In this document: positions 1 to 12,927 of the stretch, in pieces
How positions within the stretch are numbered: position 1 is the stretch's first letter
How the letters are laid out: each line of letters begins with the position of its first letter
Assembly (NCBI GenBank): GCA_051362555.1
Contig: CM120640.1
Span: 69,232,788 to 69,296,787 of the forward strand
Source of the DNA: Lingula anatina
Lineage: Eukaryota > Animalia > Brachiopoda
Direction: 5' to 3'
DNA: 64,000 bases
Program-made: the position numbers and the translations under genes
Notes under the pieces: model-generated
What the model was told of the DNA's origin: nothing
Databases searched by the model: none
What the model saw: the letters and a program-made list of their open reading frames with translations, nothing else

Positions 1-57
1 ACGAAAAGTGAACAACTGAAGGGACAACTGGACATTGGAGTCGACTGGAACGCTTGA
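1..57 (+). CDS. Possible last codons of an upstream plus-strand gene (TKSEQLKGQLDIGVDWNA*)
   Basis: Frame 1 is open from the window edge to TGA at 55-57 with coding-like composition; too short to identify. Confidence 0.2.
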   Translation, partial: TKSEQLKGQLDIGVDWNA

Positions 58-317
58 GTAACCGGGGACTTTTCTCATAGGGAACATTTAAGGTCACCGT
101 CGGTACAGGTCGAGGCCTCCCCAGAGATATTAAATAAGGACAACTGCTGTATACTTTGAATCCCTGCGTAAGGTCTGCCCTGTCTTATCATGTTGCAATA
201 TACGGTCCATGGCTTTGCTAAGTGCTTTAGCGTTGTATTCACTGTTAGCATTAATATTTCGTCTGCATCATCTTAGATCATATTAAGTCCATTTAATAAG
301 AGAGTGCCAATTGTGGT

Positions 318-320
<3 letters not shown>

Positions 321-388
<68 letters not shown>
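321..388. repeat. (AT)n microsatellite
   Basis: Perfect AT run. Confidence 0.98.
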
Positions 389-391
<3 letters not shown>

Positions 392-3300
392 ACGTATGAT
401 GAATACTTGTCTGCATCACTATTAATACCTTGTACCAAGCTTGGGGTTGGTAATTCAGACAATTCTTTTGATGTGCACGCATTTAAATAATTCTTATACT
501 AACTGTGCATACAAATGCATCAAACACTAATGTAAGTGCGTCGCGATAGAAAAATGTGGTTTAGCATTAAACCGTTATTATCAAAAAGCATCTCCAAGAA
601 GAGCTTTTCACCACTCAGCGCCATTTTAATAGTATAGCACGCTTCCGCTCATACTAAATCAAGTGTCTGCCCGTATTTGGTCGGGTTTTTTTCCTATTGT
701 TGATCTGTAGATCGTTAATGGCAAAAGGCATGCATGGGCGCCACGCTGCATAAAAGTGGTTTGAGGATTTGTGCTATTGTCTTGCAACCGCAAGTAAAAT
801 AAATAGGCAAATGAAAGCTGAAGCCTTCGCGAAAATAATGGACAAGAGCAAGCAGCAGACAAGTATTCTCAGCAACATGATCACACGTATACAACAACCT
901 CGTCAGCTTTATCAGGTCCGATCATGCCAAGAACATAAATACCTTATATACTCATCAAAGAAAAAAAGATGATCCTTTTAGACGGTTCAAGTGACAAGAA
1001 CATCAAATCTTACGTGAATAAAGGCGATAACACTAATGCCGGTGATAAGCGAATCTATATTTTGAAGGGGCTGCAGACTACGGACAACGGCAGATTTCAA
1101 TAGACTGTTTAGAGTGACCATCAAACGTATCAACATCTGAATAGTATTTGGGACCATTTGGAGTTCGATTTATCCCATTTTACCACATAACGTGAGTCAC
1201 TTTTGGGCCCTTTGATTTGCGTTACAAGCTCGGGATCCCCAAAAACATATAACGCAGCTCAGTAGGCTGTGGCAAATCTAAAAAAGAACTTCTGCATTAA
1301 AATGGTAAATGGCACCTAAGTGGAACAACGCGCTTCACTTCTCCTCGTCACGATTCTCGATACCACCACAAACCTAGGGGCGACATAGGTTACAAACGCC
1401 TCGACAAGCCGTCTTGGTGTGGGTTTCTTACCTCTAATTGCAATAGAAAGAGACACAGATTTCGTGACTTGTTTCCTCTTTCAAGAATTTCAACTATAAA
1501 GTACAAGTGCTCACCGTGACTATAAACTATACAGTTTTCACCGGACGTTTGAGTAACACGTCCGTTCACATTTAATATGTTTTGAAAGCATATGGAGGTG
1601 GTTCTGGGTTGGTCCCATAATACTGTCCGTTGAAGCAGTTTTAAGATAACAAACCTTCCCGAAAACCTACCTCATTATTTTAAACCAAAACTGGTCTTCA
1701 TTTTACCAAAAGCTTGGTACTCGATACCCTTTACATGAGATGTGTAACCGTGCAGATATGGATGACCCTACTCAATAGTGCCTAACAACATACCTGCCAT
1801 ACAAACGCAAGGTCCCAATCTCTTCACAACAACTTGTGTGCCCTTGTTCTGCCGCATATGGATCTAAACATATCGGTGAAACGCTTGGTGCTCCATACGA
1901 TCGATGCTCGAATGCCCGTGATTACTGTTCGCCACATTTGAGGCAAATAGAGGACGGTTGCGTGGTAAAAGTCATACAAAACATAGCACGCATATAAATT
2001 TTCATAATCGGCCTCACTGATGACTATTCCGAAGTTGATGAAATAGGAAGGCAAAAGTAGTATCAATTATTAATGACTTAAAGCTCATTAACTCCCAGAG
2101 TATTAACCCGGCTCATCCGTCCGTGTCTTCTACAATATTTACATTGTCATAATCTTCCGGTATCTCTTGGGTTGCTTTCGCATGACCGCTGTACGCACTC
2201 CGCCTGATGCTTGATACAATTACAGGTCTTAATGCGACAGCCGTTCCAGCAGCGTTTCAGTGGCAGTCGTTTGCGTTGCAGCGACGCGTAGCGCTGGCCA
2301 GGTGCAAAGAGAGCGGTAACAAAGACTTAATTTGTACAGACCAATGCCTGACAAATTGCTTTTAGTCATTACGTTTTATATGGTAAAGTATATCTACTTT
2401 ACAAACATTATGCAAAAAACTGTCATCAAACTCAACCTCAGAGTGAATCATGCTTAAAAGGTTGGCCGGTGCAAAGGTATTAACTTCCAATACAAGATCT
2501 TGAAGGAAAACTGAACGTTTTGCGTGCCCGAATTTGCGCATAATGCAAATTATAAGATGTGTATCCATTTTCAGAAAGCCAAATTTATTTGAGCTTTTGA
2601 ATTAACTAAAAAAAATATGACATTTCAAAAGATGTATAAAGATTGTGTTCCATTCTTGTTTTACAATATGGGCTTAATCCCAATAAAATAATTGTTTCTT
2701 CGTAGATCGATCCAACAACGCAGGGATTCTCGTTGAATGCAATCAGATTGACCCGCCACCTCTTGTTTCCAGCGAACTAGTATAATCACCAGCTTTTCTG
2801 TATTCCATTCCACGCCAGGAGGAGGCGTGTTTATCTTTTAATATGATTTCATTCAGCGAGAGTCCAAGCGGAGTTGGATCGATTTACGTAGAGCGATGAT
2901 TTCATTGGGAATGAGCTCTATATCAAAATTCAGATACGTTAAGGTGTCGGGTACTATTTGGTATTTGGATCGGCTTGCTGAAAATGAAGCAACGTGTTTG
3001 ACATGTGATACTTCATGGTATTTTACTCATGTAGAGTTTAAAAGGGCATTTTCTGTATCTCCAGTTAGCGTTTCTTCGATTCCTGTAATGTCACGAAAAG
3101 GACGCTCTCTGGTGTTTTCGCACATACTATCAGACAACATTAGGAAGTAGTCCTTTGCCGAGTAAGACATCCCTGGCAGTATATCAACTTAAGTATAACG
3201 TGGAGTTTGGTTTTGTCATGATATCAACCAGAAAACACTGAGGTCTGTTGTTTCGAGACAGTTACTGGACAAGGAAGTTGAATCATTCAATGAATCAGAA

Positions 3301-6300
3301 GGTTTATGGTTACGTCATGTCTGGAGCATCTGAACACCTAGCTGATCAAAGTGCCGATGGCGTGTATTCAACCGTCCAGTACATGACAATAGTTAGGGTG
3401 AAATATAAGATAATCCAGCTGATATAATGGTTGGCTGTGTAAAGTGCCTTGTTTGGTCAGATGATTTTAATGTATGTAAGATGTTAAAAAATGAATATGT
3501 ACACGTATATCTGGGATAGATTTGTATAGAAAATGTCATCAGTTGTATCTGAGCGACTGCCCATACTGAACATAGAGATTTACTCTTCTTTGAAAATGTT
3601 TCTATCACTAAGTTTTTCAAACCGTTGGGTTTATGTAAAATTCAATGATTCGTCTCGATACATAAAAACACGTACCCCCCTCCTAACAATTTCATCAGAT
3701 TATGTTTGTTGCGTCGGTATTCTGATATGGGTTTCTAGACTAGTAAGGCCCATTGGGAGTCTAGCAATACTTTAACATTTCGTAGACTGATTGTTTAAAC
3801 GATAAAGCAAATTTATCTTTCTGACGAATTTGCAGGCTGTATCTCTGTTATTCACATTCAAGAATGACAAGTAGGCCTATGTATACACAGCAAAGTGGAG
3901 CTAATATTATTATTATTTTGTAAAGATAATTCACATAGCCTACCCATTAAGTAATGAAACCTGACGCACAAAATCCTCATGTATTATTCGACAAATACAC
4001 ACCGTAGAACTTGTAGATGGTTTATAGTTATATAACTTAAAGAATCAAAAATTTTTACCACTTGATGTAACAAGGACACCGTTTCACAATAACGAAAACA
4101 CATTATAAAAATGTCAATATCCATGCAGTTAGGCTGTTTTTGAGCAGTTACTGAATTGTTGCTTATGTTTTAGCATTGGTTTCCATCGGCTTTAAGGCGT
4201 CCTATAATAATTCACGTTACCTCATTAATTAATAGACTATGATTTAAGCAAAGAAAGTAACTTGCCGATCTAGATTAGAAAAGAAAATATAAGAAAAAAA
4301 AAACGGTCGACGTCTCTTATATTCAAAGTGCAATTTTCCTGGAGATTCTAAATGTCTTTTCACATACAAAATAAGGTTTTCACTGAGGTAATGGTGTAAA
4401 CCTTAGAGCCGATACATAGGGTTGTGGCCGTGCAATTGGAACACAAGAAGCGTGTTTCGATTAATGGGCGTTGAGGTGTCATATTGACCTGTGTTTGTTC
4501 ATTATTTGTTCTTGTTCCTTATACTGTCTTTCTTGGGCCAAATCATTGCATACAGTGTACTAAATGTGGGGTTGTATTTCATATAGCAAACACTATGTAC
4601 GGTTGTACATAACGGTGAGTGGGTTCGGAAAATGGGCAATTTTTGTTCATCATCTAAATATTTGCCGTGAATGTCATTAGCGAGACTTTCTTCTGTGTTC
4701 TTCTTCATTAGAACCATTTCAATACCTATAGATAGGCTGCATCTCCGGCGAGTCTTTCTTCCGCTTCATGTCGACAAATTCAAAAGCACATCTATTATTT
4801 TTCACTGATCACTGGGAAGAGTGTCATCCAATAACGTTAATGATAGTGCTAGCATGGAGGTGACACCCACACTATGGGGAAAACGTATGGAGCTGGGGGA
4901 ATCTCATTAATATATTGCGATCTGGAATACCCTCACGGGACGGTTCACATCATGATGAGTCTCAAACAACAATGGCTGCAGCGAGGATTGTTGTCAAATG
5001 GAATATAATAGTATCTGCTAGATGTTTTGTTGATTTAGAAAATTTTTCAAAGTTTTGATAAGCATAGTGTGGTTCTTTCCAGAGAGGTTCGGTTTCTGAC
5101 AGCCATGCTGGAGAATGTCCTGGTGGATTTGTGGTGGTGGTTACCACGCGGTCGTATTACACAACGATAAAACGTTCACTTTGTTAAAAAAAAATCTATT
5201 TGCATTAATGTTATTCTGATGCAATATAGGAGTTAACAGAAAAATACCAATGAGAAACATTTGTATCGCACTGAGTATCACGTTCGATACCGAAATAAGG
5301 TCAAATCTATAAAACTCTTTTTTTCCACACGTTGAAGTACATGACTTCATCTCCTTATAACACGATCGGAAGAACTCTTTTTCACAACTTTTGAAATTAA
5401 GAAACGAGATAACCATCCAAGGGCAGACTGCCTAAAAAAAAAGAGGGTCACTTCATCTGGATGCTGCCCTTGATTCCCCATGATGTTTGTCTTTGTTTAC
5501 CGCGTATCAGGTGTATCCTCAGTTCTCCAAGATCCGTTATATTAAAGCGCCCAGGTGGTATTTTGGATGCATTAATGGGTTTAAATGTTATCTTCAACGA
5601 GACATTGTTCGTTGGTGTAAAGCAATTGCATTATGGCGTGTGATGTCAAGATGCCATTGACTTTCTATTCATCATAGTTCCACGTTTAAAATTGACGACT
5701 GAAATACTGACAGGCCGTTTACTGTCTCCTTCGCGACCACTTTCTGCATCAACAAAAATATGATAAATTTATTATACGTGTTAAATATAATGGTAAAATG
5801 AGGTACAGTGGAAGCAGAACTACCAGACGCTCGTGCCATATACACTGTATGCAATATTTAGGCTTTAACCCATGGAATTTCATTTCCAATTAAATCATTC
5901 ACAATGCTGATTGGGAAAATTACAGAATTACGCAATAATTGGACGTTAGAGTCTGTAGCTCCTGACACTTTCATTTTAATCGAATTTTCCACAGGATCGA
6001 TGCCCATCTACTCTGTCAAATACATGTTTTTCTTGTGATTGCATAACACCTGAGACCAAACTAAGTTCACTCTAAACCCTCTAGGGAATGAAACGATGTA
6101 TTTCTTCATTTAACGACAAGGCTCAGAAAGCCTTTACATTACGTGGACGAAAATCGCCATATTGTCACCCAAAATTTTAAATTGCACATTTAATATTAAC
6201 GCCAAATTGAATGAATGCTGAAGGCGCTTGTGACACTGCAATAATTTTGTACTATACGATATCAGTGACAATGAATTTCTAAATTATAAATTTAACTTAT

Positions 6301-8509
6301 TGTAGCTCGCCACGGTTTATATACTACTGCCAAGTTTGTATGGAGTTTAATTCTTCAAAAACATATTTGAGTAAGAACCACCTTGTTCTAGGATTACGAA
6401 CGGGCTGTCGTAAGAAAAAACCAAAAGTGAAGTGGAAAAACATCAACACACATCAGTAGCAGACTGGCAGTGCATAATTATTATAGAGCAAACCATGCAT
6501 GTCCCAGACGCATTTAGAAACCGAGGTGATAATGTTCAATAAACTAAGTGCGCAGAAAAACACACCAAAACAATTAAATAAGCCAACACAAAACCACACC
6601 TAAAAAAATCAAATAAAGCGTTATATACATAGATAGATGGATAGATATAGATATATGGCAAATAGTTGGAAGTCATAGGACTTGAAAATTATCGACGTTT
6701 TTTTTTCTTCAAATTAACCCGTCTGGATCTCTCACATTTACAAGCTTGAAAACTCACTAGCTTCCTGCCATTGGATCTTTGTCACCAACACTACAGAAAT
6801 TGTATGTTAAAATTGATGCTTTAACACGGGCTCTAATGGATCTAGCGCTGAGGCATCTATCACTATGACAAGGCTGATAGTAGTCATTAATTAGTGATGA
6901 ACAGGAGGACAACTGTTTAGAAATCCCAGGCTAATCACACTGAAACTAGCTAATACTGAATATTTCATGCATAAGGCAGCATTGAACACAACAATGGGCA
7001 CTGAAGATATCAATTTAACCATGGAAAATATTGACTAAATATGAGACTATAATGGTCATGATGTTTTATCACGTAAAACTCTTTAAGTCCCCGTCATATG
7101 AAGAGGAATCTCTTTGCAAGGGCATATATGATAAGGCAAAAGATCGCTTGAAAAAGATATGTTTCCTCGTGTTTTCGTTACCCGCTGGAACAGCAATACA
7201 TACACCTTTTCCTTTTGATCTTTTATGTTATTCTTCAATCATAATTTCATGTAATATTTCCAACGGGCTATATTTTCTTGTGTACAGTAATTGACCCGTA
7301 ATGTTGGCCGTGTAGTCTTATAAACTAAACACACTGCATCTAAGATACTGTACATTTTAATTATTTATTTTTTGGGAGAAGGGCATAACAAGTACATGTA
7401 TATACAAACAAGTATATACATTTTACGGTGAATGCGCAAATAGTTTAGTCCAAGGTTATAAAATCGCGTTGGATTCTATTTCTAACAACAACTTATGTCT
7501 ACCCTACAGCCACGGTATAATGCAGTTAAACCTGCATATTAGAGATACAACAATTAAGACACAATGAAACCCGTTCACTTTCTTTCTTTTTCTTTTCATT
7601 TTTTTTAAAAGACTGGTAATTATTTTAAAAACTGTGCATAACAATAGGTGATGATTTCATTTTGGTGTTTCATCTAGTCGATCGGATTGCATGTCCGTAC
7701 AAACGTCAACGGCGTAATCAACTATGGTGTCGGCCAAGGCACTGGCACTAAAGTTATTATAATATACCAACCATACAGTACAAAGCAATGGAAATTGAAG
7801 CACAAAGAGATACCAAGAAGAAGCCTGCAAAGACAGAATGTACAAGTGATTTTTTATTGTCAAATGTCTCCTTTGTTAAATGTGTAGGAATTCAAGGTAC
7901 TTAGGAGGTTTCCATTTTCTTTTCATGCTCATGGTCTTATCAAGATTCTTCAGTGACATGGAAGTCATTGGCGCAGTGGTTTAAGAAATTAAAGAATAAA
8001 AAAAAGTTTCATTCAAAAATTGCACTTCACTTGGGCAAAGGAGTGAACATTTTCCAAACAGAAGTGCTCAAGCACACTCAGTACAATGTTCGTCTAAGTC
8101 ACTACATTTATTATTGAGGGAAGTTTTCAGTCTGCCAAGGCTGAGGTTTTAAATACCTATGTGAGCAGTAAGATTTACAATATACAGAGGGCATACTAGC
8201 TAGTGCAGTGTTTCGTGAGCGCCATGCAGGCCTCAGAGGCAAGTTGGCAAGTGTTTTGGCCGCAAGCCCAGTGACAGCAGACAGGGCTGGTACCATGCAA
8301 TTTAATGGAAGTTGTTAATGGGGTAATGAAAAGGAATAAACAAAAAACTGATGATAATATTTCCTCAGAGGAGAAAAAACGGGTACGTGTACATGAAGAT
8401 AAACTAATGTGATTCCTTACCATCCCAGCTGCTGTTTCAGAATTATAATTGCTGTTATCATTATGATGAATAGAAGTTGATAAAAACAATTATAACATTG
8501 ACTAAAAAT

Positions 8510-9177
8510 CACCCTGAGCTTCAGAGCTAACTTGACACTAACCTTTTCACTGTAGCCTATCTCCATCGTGTCAAGTAACCTCTGACGAAAATAGTTTGAC
8601 CTAGTTTATATAAGCCAATCAAATCCATGTTTCAAAATTTTTCACCAAAGTTTGGTGAAAACGCTGATTGGTTGACCGTCAATCGGCAATCCTCGGCTGA
8701 TTCCGCAAGCTCCATACTAACAACATAGTTATTGTCGAGTGCGGAGACATCCGAGTAGTTCCGAGTGTATTACCGTACACAAAGAAAGCAAGGCGAGTGA
8801 CTACGAAAAAGAATGTGTTAAGTTATCTCTTGATTCTTTGCAAAATATGAGTAAATCGGAATTGAAACCATAGGGTCTAGCAGTTTGAGGCCCTGCATCA
8901 TTATCTACTGAGAGACGATGTTATTTGCGTGCTGCCCACAGGTTACGGCAAGTCCCTGATATTCAGCCTTATCTTTGATTGGTCCGGATTTGAACAAAGC
9001 GCGCTTTGACTCGTTCGCGTTCATTGGCTAGATCGTTGAATGAGTCATTGAGTGCGGGCTTTTAAATTTGATTGGCGGGCGGCGGAGGCAATCGAATCTG
9101 GTCAGAGGTTACTTGACACGATGGAGATAGGCTACAGTGAAAAGGTTAGTGTCAAGTTAGCTCTGAAGCTCAGGGTG
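8510..9177. mobile_element. 668-bp non-autonomous DNA transposon (MITE) with perfect 77-bp TIRs and an 8-bp TSD
   Basis: 8510-8586 (CACCCTGAGCTTCAGAGC...AACCTCTGAC) is the exact reverse complement of 9101-9177; CTAAAAAT flanks both ends (8502-8509, 9178-9185); no ORF; interior CpG-rich. Confidence 0.95.
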
Positions 9178-10574
9178 CTAAAAATGGACTTGAAACAAGT
9201 ATATGTGTGGGTACATGTGTAGCATTCAGCCACAGAATGGAAGACTTACTAGTACTTTTCTATTGGTGTGGTATTAATGCAGCTAGTTAGGTACCAGAAA
9301 GAAGAAGCTATCATTTTAAATGAATAGCCTATTTGAGTATCAAGCTGAAACTTACATTTCTGATGTTAGATGAAGAAAAAAATCATTTGAAGACATCTGT
9401 CTACATTTCATTGACTTGGTCCAGACAGGCAGAAGACACCTCCATCTTGGGACACAGTCATCAAGGCATTGAATACAATCAAAATATCAAGTGATCATTT
9501 ACCCATTCTCTTTCTGTATAGAATTTTTTTTATGAGATAAGAGTTGGGAGGAATAGTTTTTGTTTTCATTATATCTATTTGGTTCTAATCAACCTGATTC
9601 CAATATCAATTTTGTAATTTGTATTTGAACTTGAAAGATTTTTTTTCGAAATATGAAGTAATTATTACAACTAAACCAGTATATATCATAGGCAGTACCT
9701 CCTACCTATACATATAAAACACCCTCTGATACTGTTGGTACTTAAAACCATACAATTTCTCCCTTTCCTTTAAAGTTGATTGAATTGGCTGGGAAGTGAC
9801 AAGGACTCTACTATAATTTCCCAACAGCGTGTACGCCCTGTGATCAGTCTCCAGACCCTAGGGTAACAAAGCACCCCTGGGGATAGGATTCTCTTTCCAT
9901 CCATTAGGCCATCAAATGTTTGGAGCCCTGATCAAAGGACAGTTTCTAAACGCCATTATGTAAGTTTTGCATGAATATTCAAACACTCTGCACCTAACAC
10001 TGGGTGCTGTGGTGAATGCAACAAAAGGCTTTTAAGGTGTATTCTGACACAATGTGGAATCTAGACCAGATGAAATCTTCTTTAAAGATGCATACAAAGT
10101 CAATTTTTTGTCACAAAAATCAACCAAATGCCAGCATATAGTTTCAAGTAGTATAACTAAGAGAATTGCTAAAAGGCATTGTTTAATTTTACCCGAAAAT
10201 GATGTTTGAATTGAATTTCCTGCTGGCATTCTAAGGTGTATGTCAATGGGGCATAAAAGTAGGTCACGAAAGTAGGTTAAATTTCCAACCAAAAATTTAA
10301 AGAAAAGAGCAGTCTAAAGGTCTTTTATGGCTGATAGAGTGATCTATTCAGTGTATCCCTTGGCATGTCGAATTTATGTGAGTCGTATTAGAAAATAGTA
10401 GAAGTGGTTTACATGTGTTACTGGGAATCCACGCTCCACCGATGCTCAGTTCGTATGTACATGTACCTTTAAGCCACTGATAAAACACATTAATCAACCA
10501 GTAATTCAGTCATCTCCAGTCCAACAGTATTATATTTTGTATGCCCATCTCTCCAAGGCAGAACTACCAGTAGC

Positions 10575-10728
10575 CAGGCCTGTAGCCAGGGGGGGGTTCG
10601 GGGGGTTCGAAATAACCGCCCCTTTTTGCTGGGAAAAGGTCCACTCTGGGTAAATGAAGCTTTTATGGGAAAAGGTCCACTTTTTCAGAAAAAGAACCCC
10701 CCTTTTGAAATTGCTAGCTACGGGCCTG
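10575..10728. mobile_element. Short hAT-like MITE (CAGGCC.GTAGC.AG termini)
   Basis: Left CAGGCCTGTAGCCAG, right CTAGCTACGGGCCTG; G-rich and C-rich subterminal tracts; internal repeat GGGAAAAGGTCCACT x2; GTAGC directly repeated at 10570-10574 and 10729-10733. Confidence 0.85.
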
Positions 10729-10855
10729 GTAGCAGTGCTAGTAAACTCCACTGTTTGTTTTAAGCACAGTCTCTAACACTTCAGTCACTGGTAAATGAGA
10801 AAAGACATCTTTTGATGCTATTTTCACTATACTTGGTTAAGCCTACAGGTGTACC

Positions 10856-10890
10856 ATGTATGTATGTATGTATGTATGTATGTATGTATG
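10856..10890. repeat. (TATG)n microsatellite
   Basis: Tandem TATG; could be the (CATA)n tail of a minus-strand retroposon remnant, which I cannot confirm. Confidence 0.9.
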
Positions 10891-11898
10891 GATTTGAATG
10901 GCTATATGGAATGACCATTTGCTTATCAGGGAGCCCACATTCCTTCTCAAACTATGGGTATCATATGAGGGGATATATATATTGTGACATCATGTGACAT
11001 CATATGAGACTAAAAAAAGTGAGAATTTCATGCTCGGTGTAAAGGTAAAACTTTAGGCATGGAAAATGTCATGTCAGAAAGCCATGAAAAATTAACATAT
11101 TAAAAGCAGGGTGAACATGTAGTTCTGTTGTACAAAAGACCATTACGATAACTCTACAGAGCGTATGGCAAAACAACCAGAATAATATATGTGGATATAT
11201 TGTTAACTTTTATTTGTCGGTGCACTGGCTCCTCTGCCATTACTTCTGACTGCACTCTCCTCTAAATTCCGCAAAATCTTGCATGACTTTAGGCTGTCTA
11301 AGATGAATTCCCATTGATAAATGTTTTCAAACAGCCGCAGCACTGGAAGAAATTTCTTTGAAAATGATTTTGTGACCCTCTGTAAGGTTTGATATATTTC
11401 AGACGATGAAAGAGTACCATACGCTCATACATCATCTGAGAAATTATTGTTAGAAAAGCAACAATTCACTTGGTGATGGCTTTTAAGTTTAATTAATGGC
11501 CATCAGGTTAAATAGGGGACAACGAAAAAAAAAAAAAAGAAAAGATGAGTAAATTACACCTGCTTTAGTTCAATGTTGCAATTAAGGTTCCAATTGTGTT
11601 TCAATCTCAACAGAATTCTTAATTGTCTTTGGAATTATGATCTTCAATCCATGCTTTTCACATAGTACACTTCTCTGTGATGTGCAGAAAAAAGAGATCT
11701 TCTGCAGAAAAAAAAAGTGGCATCAATAATTATTTACTTGAAAATGGCTAATACTCATATTTAGATAAACTTTGTATGTTTTTACAGGTACCATATTTTT
11801 ATATCTTGGGGTAGTTGGAGGAGTATATACATGCATACCCTTTATCAAATTTATCAAAAGTCAATGTACAGTATTCTGTACAAATGCATATATGTACA

Positions 11899-12927
11899 AA
11901 ATTACAGGGTACAAAATTAGGACCTCTCCTTTTCATTACAATGATAAATGACATGGAATGTTTTTTACCAGCAGTAAAATATGTGGATGACACTACAGTT
12001 TATGAGACAGTTCACCAACCATCTCCAAGGGAAATAGAACAAGGTGCCAAACCTACACAATCTAAACTTCCCATAGCAGCCTCAAACCTATATGAATGGA
12101 CAAAACAAAATAACATGCTAATCAATCCTAAAAAAAACTGTTGAACTGTTTATCTGTTTCAGTAAAAACCCTACTGTACCTGATAACCTAATAATTGATG
12201 GTATAAAAATCGAACAAGTTTCACATGCCAAACTGCTGGGAGTTCATATCAGTTCTAATTTGAAATGGGACTTACATATAGAAAAAATTCTCTCAAAAGC
12301 TGCATCCAGACTGTATTTCTTATGCATGGTCAAACACGCTGGGGTGCCGAGACATGACCTCTTACAAATTTATAAAAGCAATCTCAGACCAACACTTGAG
12401 TACGCTTGTCAGCTATGGCATGCTGGAATTACCGCACAGCAATCTAAAGCCTTAGAGAACATCCAAAAAAGGGCTCTTCATATTATATACCCTGAACTCA
12501 CTTACAACGAAGCAATGGACATCACTGAATTACCTACCTTGAAATCTCGGCGTACTGACTTATGCAAAAAATTATTTAATGAGATAAAACTGTGTACACA
12601 TAGATTGAACCATCTTTTACCTAACACTCGTGTCATAGAAAAGGACCTAAGGAATGTTTATAGATATGTTTTACCAAAATGTCGGACAAAAAGATATAGA
12701 AACACTTTTATCCCATACTGTTTATATACGTGTCAATGATCTAGGTCTATCCATTAACTTTTAGCTTTTGAAAATAACAACGAATCACCATTTTTAACCT
12801 CATTATTGGTTTTATAACTTAGAATTTATCTTAAAGCTCTATTTTAGTACTACATCTTTATACTTTTATACATATACATTCAATATATGTCTTATATATT
12901 GCAAAGAACACAATAAACCTTTATTAT
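11899..12927 (+). mobile_element. 5'-truncated non-LTR retrotransposon (L2/Crack/CR1 group): RT C-terminal part plus 3' UTR
   Basis: QGTKLGPLLFITMIND, KYVDDTT, INPKK, KLLGV..SSNLKW..HI, RPTLEYACQLWH, LENIQKRAL; one +1 frameshift in the A8 run at 12130-12137; stop at 12739; AATAAA plus a (TTA)n tail at about 12912-12930; TATATGTACA on both sides. Confidence 0.92.

Noticed and set aside
8510-8586. RAG/Transib-type RSS termini (CAC start)
   Set aside because: The TSD is 8 bp rather than 5 bp, and there is no heptamer-spacer-nonamer layout
9236-9255. miR-7-like TGGAAGACT seed (also near 46192)
   Set aside because: Match is limited to the seed, with no precursor hairpin
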